From: Mobula hypostoma
Lineage: Eukaryota
Direction of reading: 5' to 3'
Length of the DNA: 64,000 nucleotides
Assembly (NCBI RefSeq): GCF_963921235.1
Contig: NC_086100.1
Location: 21,328,001-21,392,000, forward strand
The notes under the pieces are model-generated. The model was given only the letters and a program-made list of their open reading frames with translations. It searched no databases and was not told the DNA's origin. This document shows, one piece after another, positions 62,035 through 64,000 of the stretch. The position numbers and the translations under genes were made by a program. Numbering within the stretch: the stretch's first letter is position 1; each line of letters begins with the position of its first letter.

Positions 62035-62323
62035 TTCATCAAAGTTGCTGGTGAACGCAGCAGGCCAGGCAGCATCTCTAGGAAGAGGTATAGTTGATGT
62101 TTCAGGCTGAGACCCTTCGTCAGGTCTAACTGAAGGAAAAGTTAGTAAGAGATTACTAACCAAATCTCTTACTAACTTTTCCTTCAGTTAGTTCTGACGA
62201 AGGGTCTTGGCCTGAAACGTCCACTGTACCTCTTCCTAGAGATGCTGCCTGGCCTGCTGCGTTCACCAGCAACTTTGACGTGTGTTGCTTGAATTTCCAG
62301 CATCTGCAGAATTCCTGTTGTTT
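62035..62323. mobile_element. Fold-back Penelope-like family A insertion (long hairpin)
   Basis: Arms of about 116 bp (62039-62154 and 62163-62278) are near-perfect reverse complements around an 8-nt loop; flanked by ACACCTGT at 62027-62034 and 62324-62331. Confidence 0.92.
62194..62221 (+). ncRNA. Minimal hammerhead ribozyme core (best-preserved catalytic core of family A)
   Basis: CTGACGA-AGGGTCTTGGCCT-GAAA-CGTC carries the CUGANGA and GAAA boxes and a GUC cleavage triplet; mirror copy on the minus strand at 62096-62123. Activity not demonstrated. Confidence 0.7.
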
Positions 62324-63727
62324 ACACCTGTGTTTCAGTTTGTTTAATGTGGGGAGGCTGATGCATGGGCAGCCACCACACGATCCTTGACAGAACCGGG
62401 TCAGGGTCCAGTGGTATGGCGTGCAAGATGACTGGGGAGCCTTCGCTGCTGCAGCCTTCCTCTGCCTTTACCGCCGTTGTGATGTGTCATCATCTTCTGA
62501 CAACTACACTGTTGAGGTCCTGATTAGATGGCTGTTTGTCTGGAACCTCCCTCTTGACATCACTGCCATGGGTGACCCTACAAGGAGCTAAGCTCCAGAT
62601 GACATCAATCTCAAGATCTCAGAATCTCTCAAGACTCTCCACCTGATCAATTAATAGTTGGAAGGTTTCTGTACTCAAAGAGTCAGCTCTACAACATTAA
62701 TTATCAGTATCTGGGAACTTTGCCTCCAGTAACTTTCAGACTAGTGTATAAAAAGTTATCTAGAAAAATACCACATGTGTGTGAAGTCACCCAAGTGACA
62801 GAAAAAACAACATAACTATAAGAGATCAGTCAGATTTGTTAGGAATAGTCAAAGAACAGCAAGAAGAATGACAGAAAAATAGGGTGACTTGAATCTATTC
62901 CTCTGACTTCAATTTCTATTCAGATGATTTGTTCATACGCAGTTCATTGGTATCTCTTTTTAGTTTATAGGAATTATACCTCTGTTTTAGAAATTCTTGG
63001 TGTTTTAGAAATTGTTTACAATTTGAAAAGCTTTTATAAAATAGAATACCTCTGAGAGTTTTAAAGGTGCATTAAGAATTTTGTCTGGATTTAAATATGT
63101 ATCACTAAAAATGAAATGACCTAATTAAACTACTTTGTTAGCTGAAAGTATCTCCTTGGTAGGGATGCGGGACCCATCACTCAATTAGTGGGTATTAACA
63201 GCTAAACTCACTATGGAGAATAAAGAAGGTCGTGAACCAGCCTTTGAAGATTGGGAGGTTACAGTATAACCTCACTTTAGTAAGGGTACCCAAAGCTCTG
63301 TATATTGGGTAGGGCTTAAGACTTCGCTTGAGTTTAGAACTTCGTGATCAGCAAGCCCAAACCATCACAGTGTAGGTAGAAGGGATTAGTTTAGTTAGGA
63401 AGTTCAGTTTGCACAACATTGTGGGCTGAAGGGCTTGTTCCTGTGCAGTATGCTGTTTAGAGAGTTTAGGGGAAAGCGAAAATAGAGTCACAAGCACCAC
63501 TCAATGCCGAGTAAATGTTACTGTGACTGATTTTTCTTTTTTTTTGGTTTAAAAATTCCATTTGAGACATGAATGGATGAGATGGATCACAGAGGCATAG
63601 AATAGTTACAGTACAAATGGACAAGTGCGGGAGATTAACTCCGATAGGCAATTTGACCAGTATTGATGATTGGAACTCAAGGCCAGTTTTTACACTATAC
63701 AGTTTGAGTGTTGAATCGGGGATGGGT

Positions 63728-63871
63728 NNNNNNNNNNNNNNNNNNNNNNNNNNNNNNNNNNNNNNNNNNNNNNNNNNNNNNNNNNNNNNNNNNNNNNNNN
63801 NNNNNNNNNNNNNNNNNNNNNNNNNNNNNNNNNNNNNNNNNNNNNNNNNNNNNNNNNNNNNNNNNNNNNNN
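63728..63871. other. Assembly gap (144 N)
   Basis: Run of N. Confidence 1.
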
Positions 63872-64000
63872 GAGTGAGATTGTGAAAGAGAAGGACTTTC
63901 TCTTGTTCTCTGTTCTTCCTTTGAATACTTGGCTAATATTTGAAAGTCAGTACTGGACTTTCTTTCATGTTTCTTTGAGGTAGTGAACACTTAAAGCAGA

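Larger units (their letters stand above)
61980..62650 (-). mobile_element. Non-autonomous RTE-like derivative, copy 3, host of the hairpin insertion
   Basis: 62335-62645 aligns with 8585-8880. Confidence 0.65.

Noticed and set aside
63466-63990. ORFs spanning 63466-63990
   Set aside because: They are open only because they cross the 144-N gap.

Overview
Eukaryotic, repeat-dominated window with no recognisable host protein-coding gene. The repeat set (several CR1 subfamilies, Rex1/Babar-like LINEs, HE1/V-SINE-like and Deu/SacSINE1-like SINEs, Penelope-like elements, Tc1 and hAT elements, two Gypsy LTR elements) suggests a cartilaginous fish, probably a ray; this is inference. Almost every long ORF in the track is a decayed retroelement or transposase fragment, or its antisense shadow. 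The most interesting structures are: (1) many minimal type-I hammerhead ribozyme motifs in two Penelope-like pseudo-LTR families, several inserted as short fold-back hairpins with target-site duplications (TSDs); (2) a young 988-bp internally deleted Gypsy element with no tRNA primer-binding site (PBS), whose post-LTR 15-mer pairs with its own LTR across the poly(A) signal; (3) a two-copy composite Tc1-type element whose ends are themselves palindromic mini-MITEs, one copy carrying a 164-bp inverted copy of nearby unique DNA; (4) non-autonomous RTE-like derivatives; (5) repeat-poor, homeodomain-motif-rich islands and a few candidate minus-strand micro-exons. Family names come from motif recognition by eye, not database searches, and the boundaries of old repeats are approximate.
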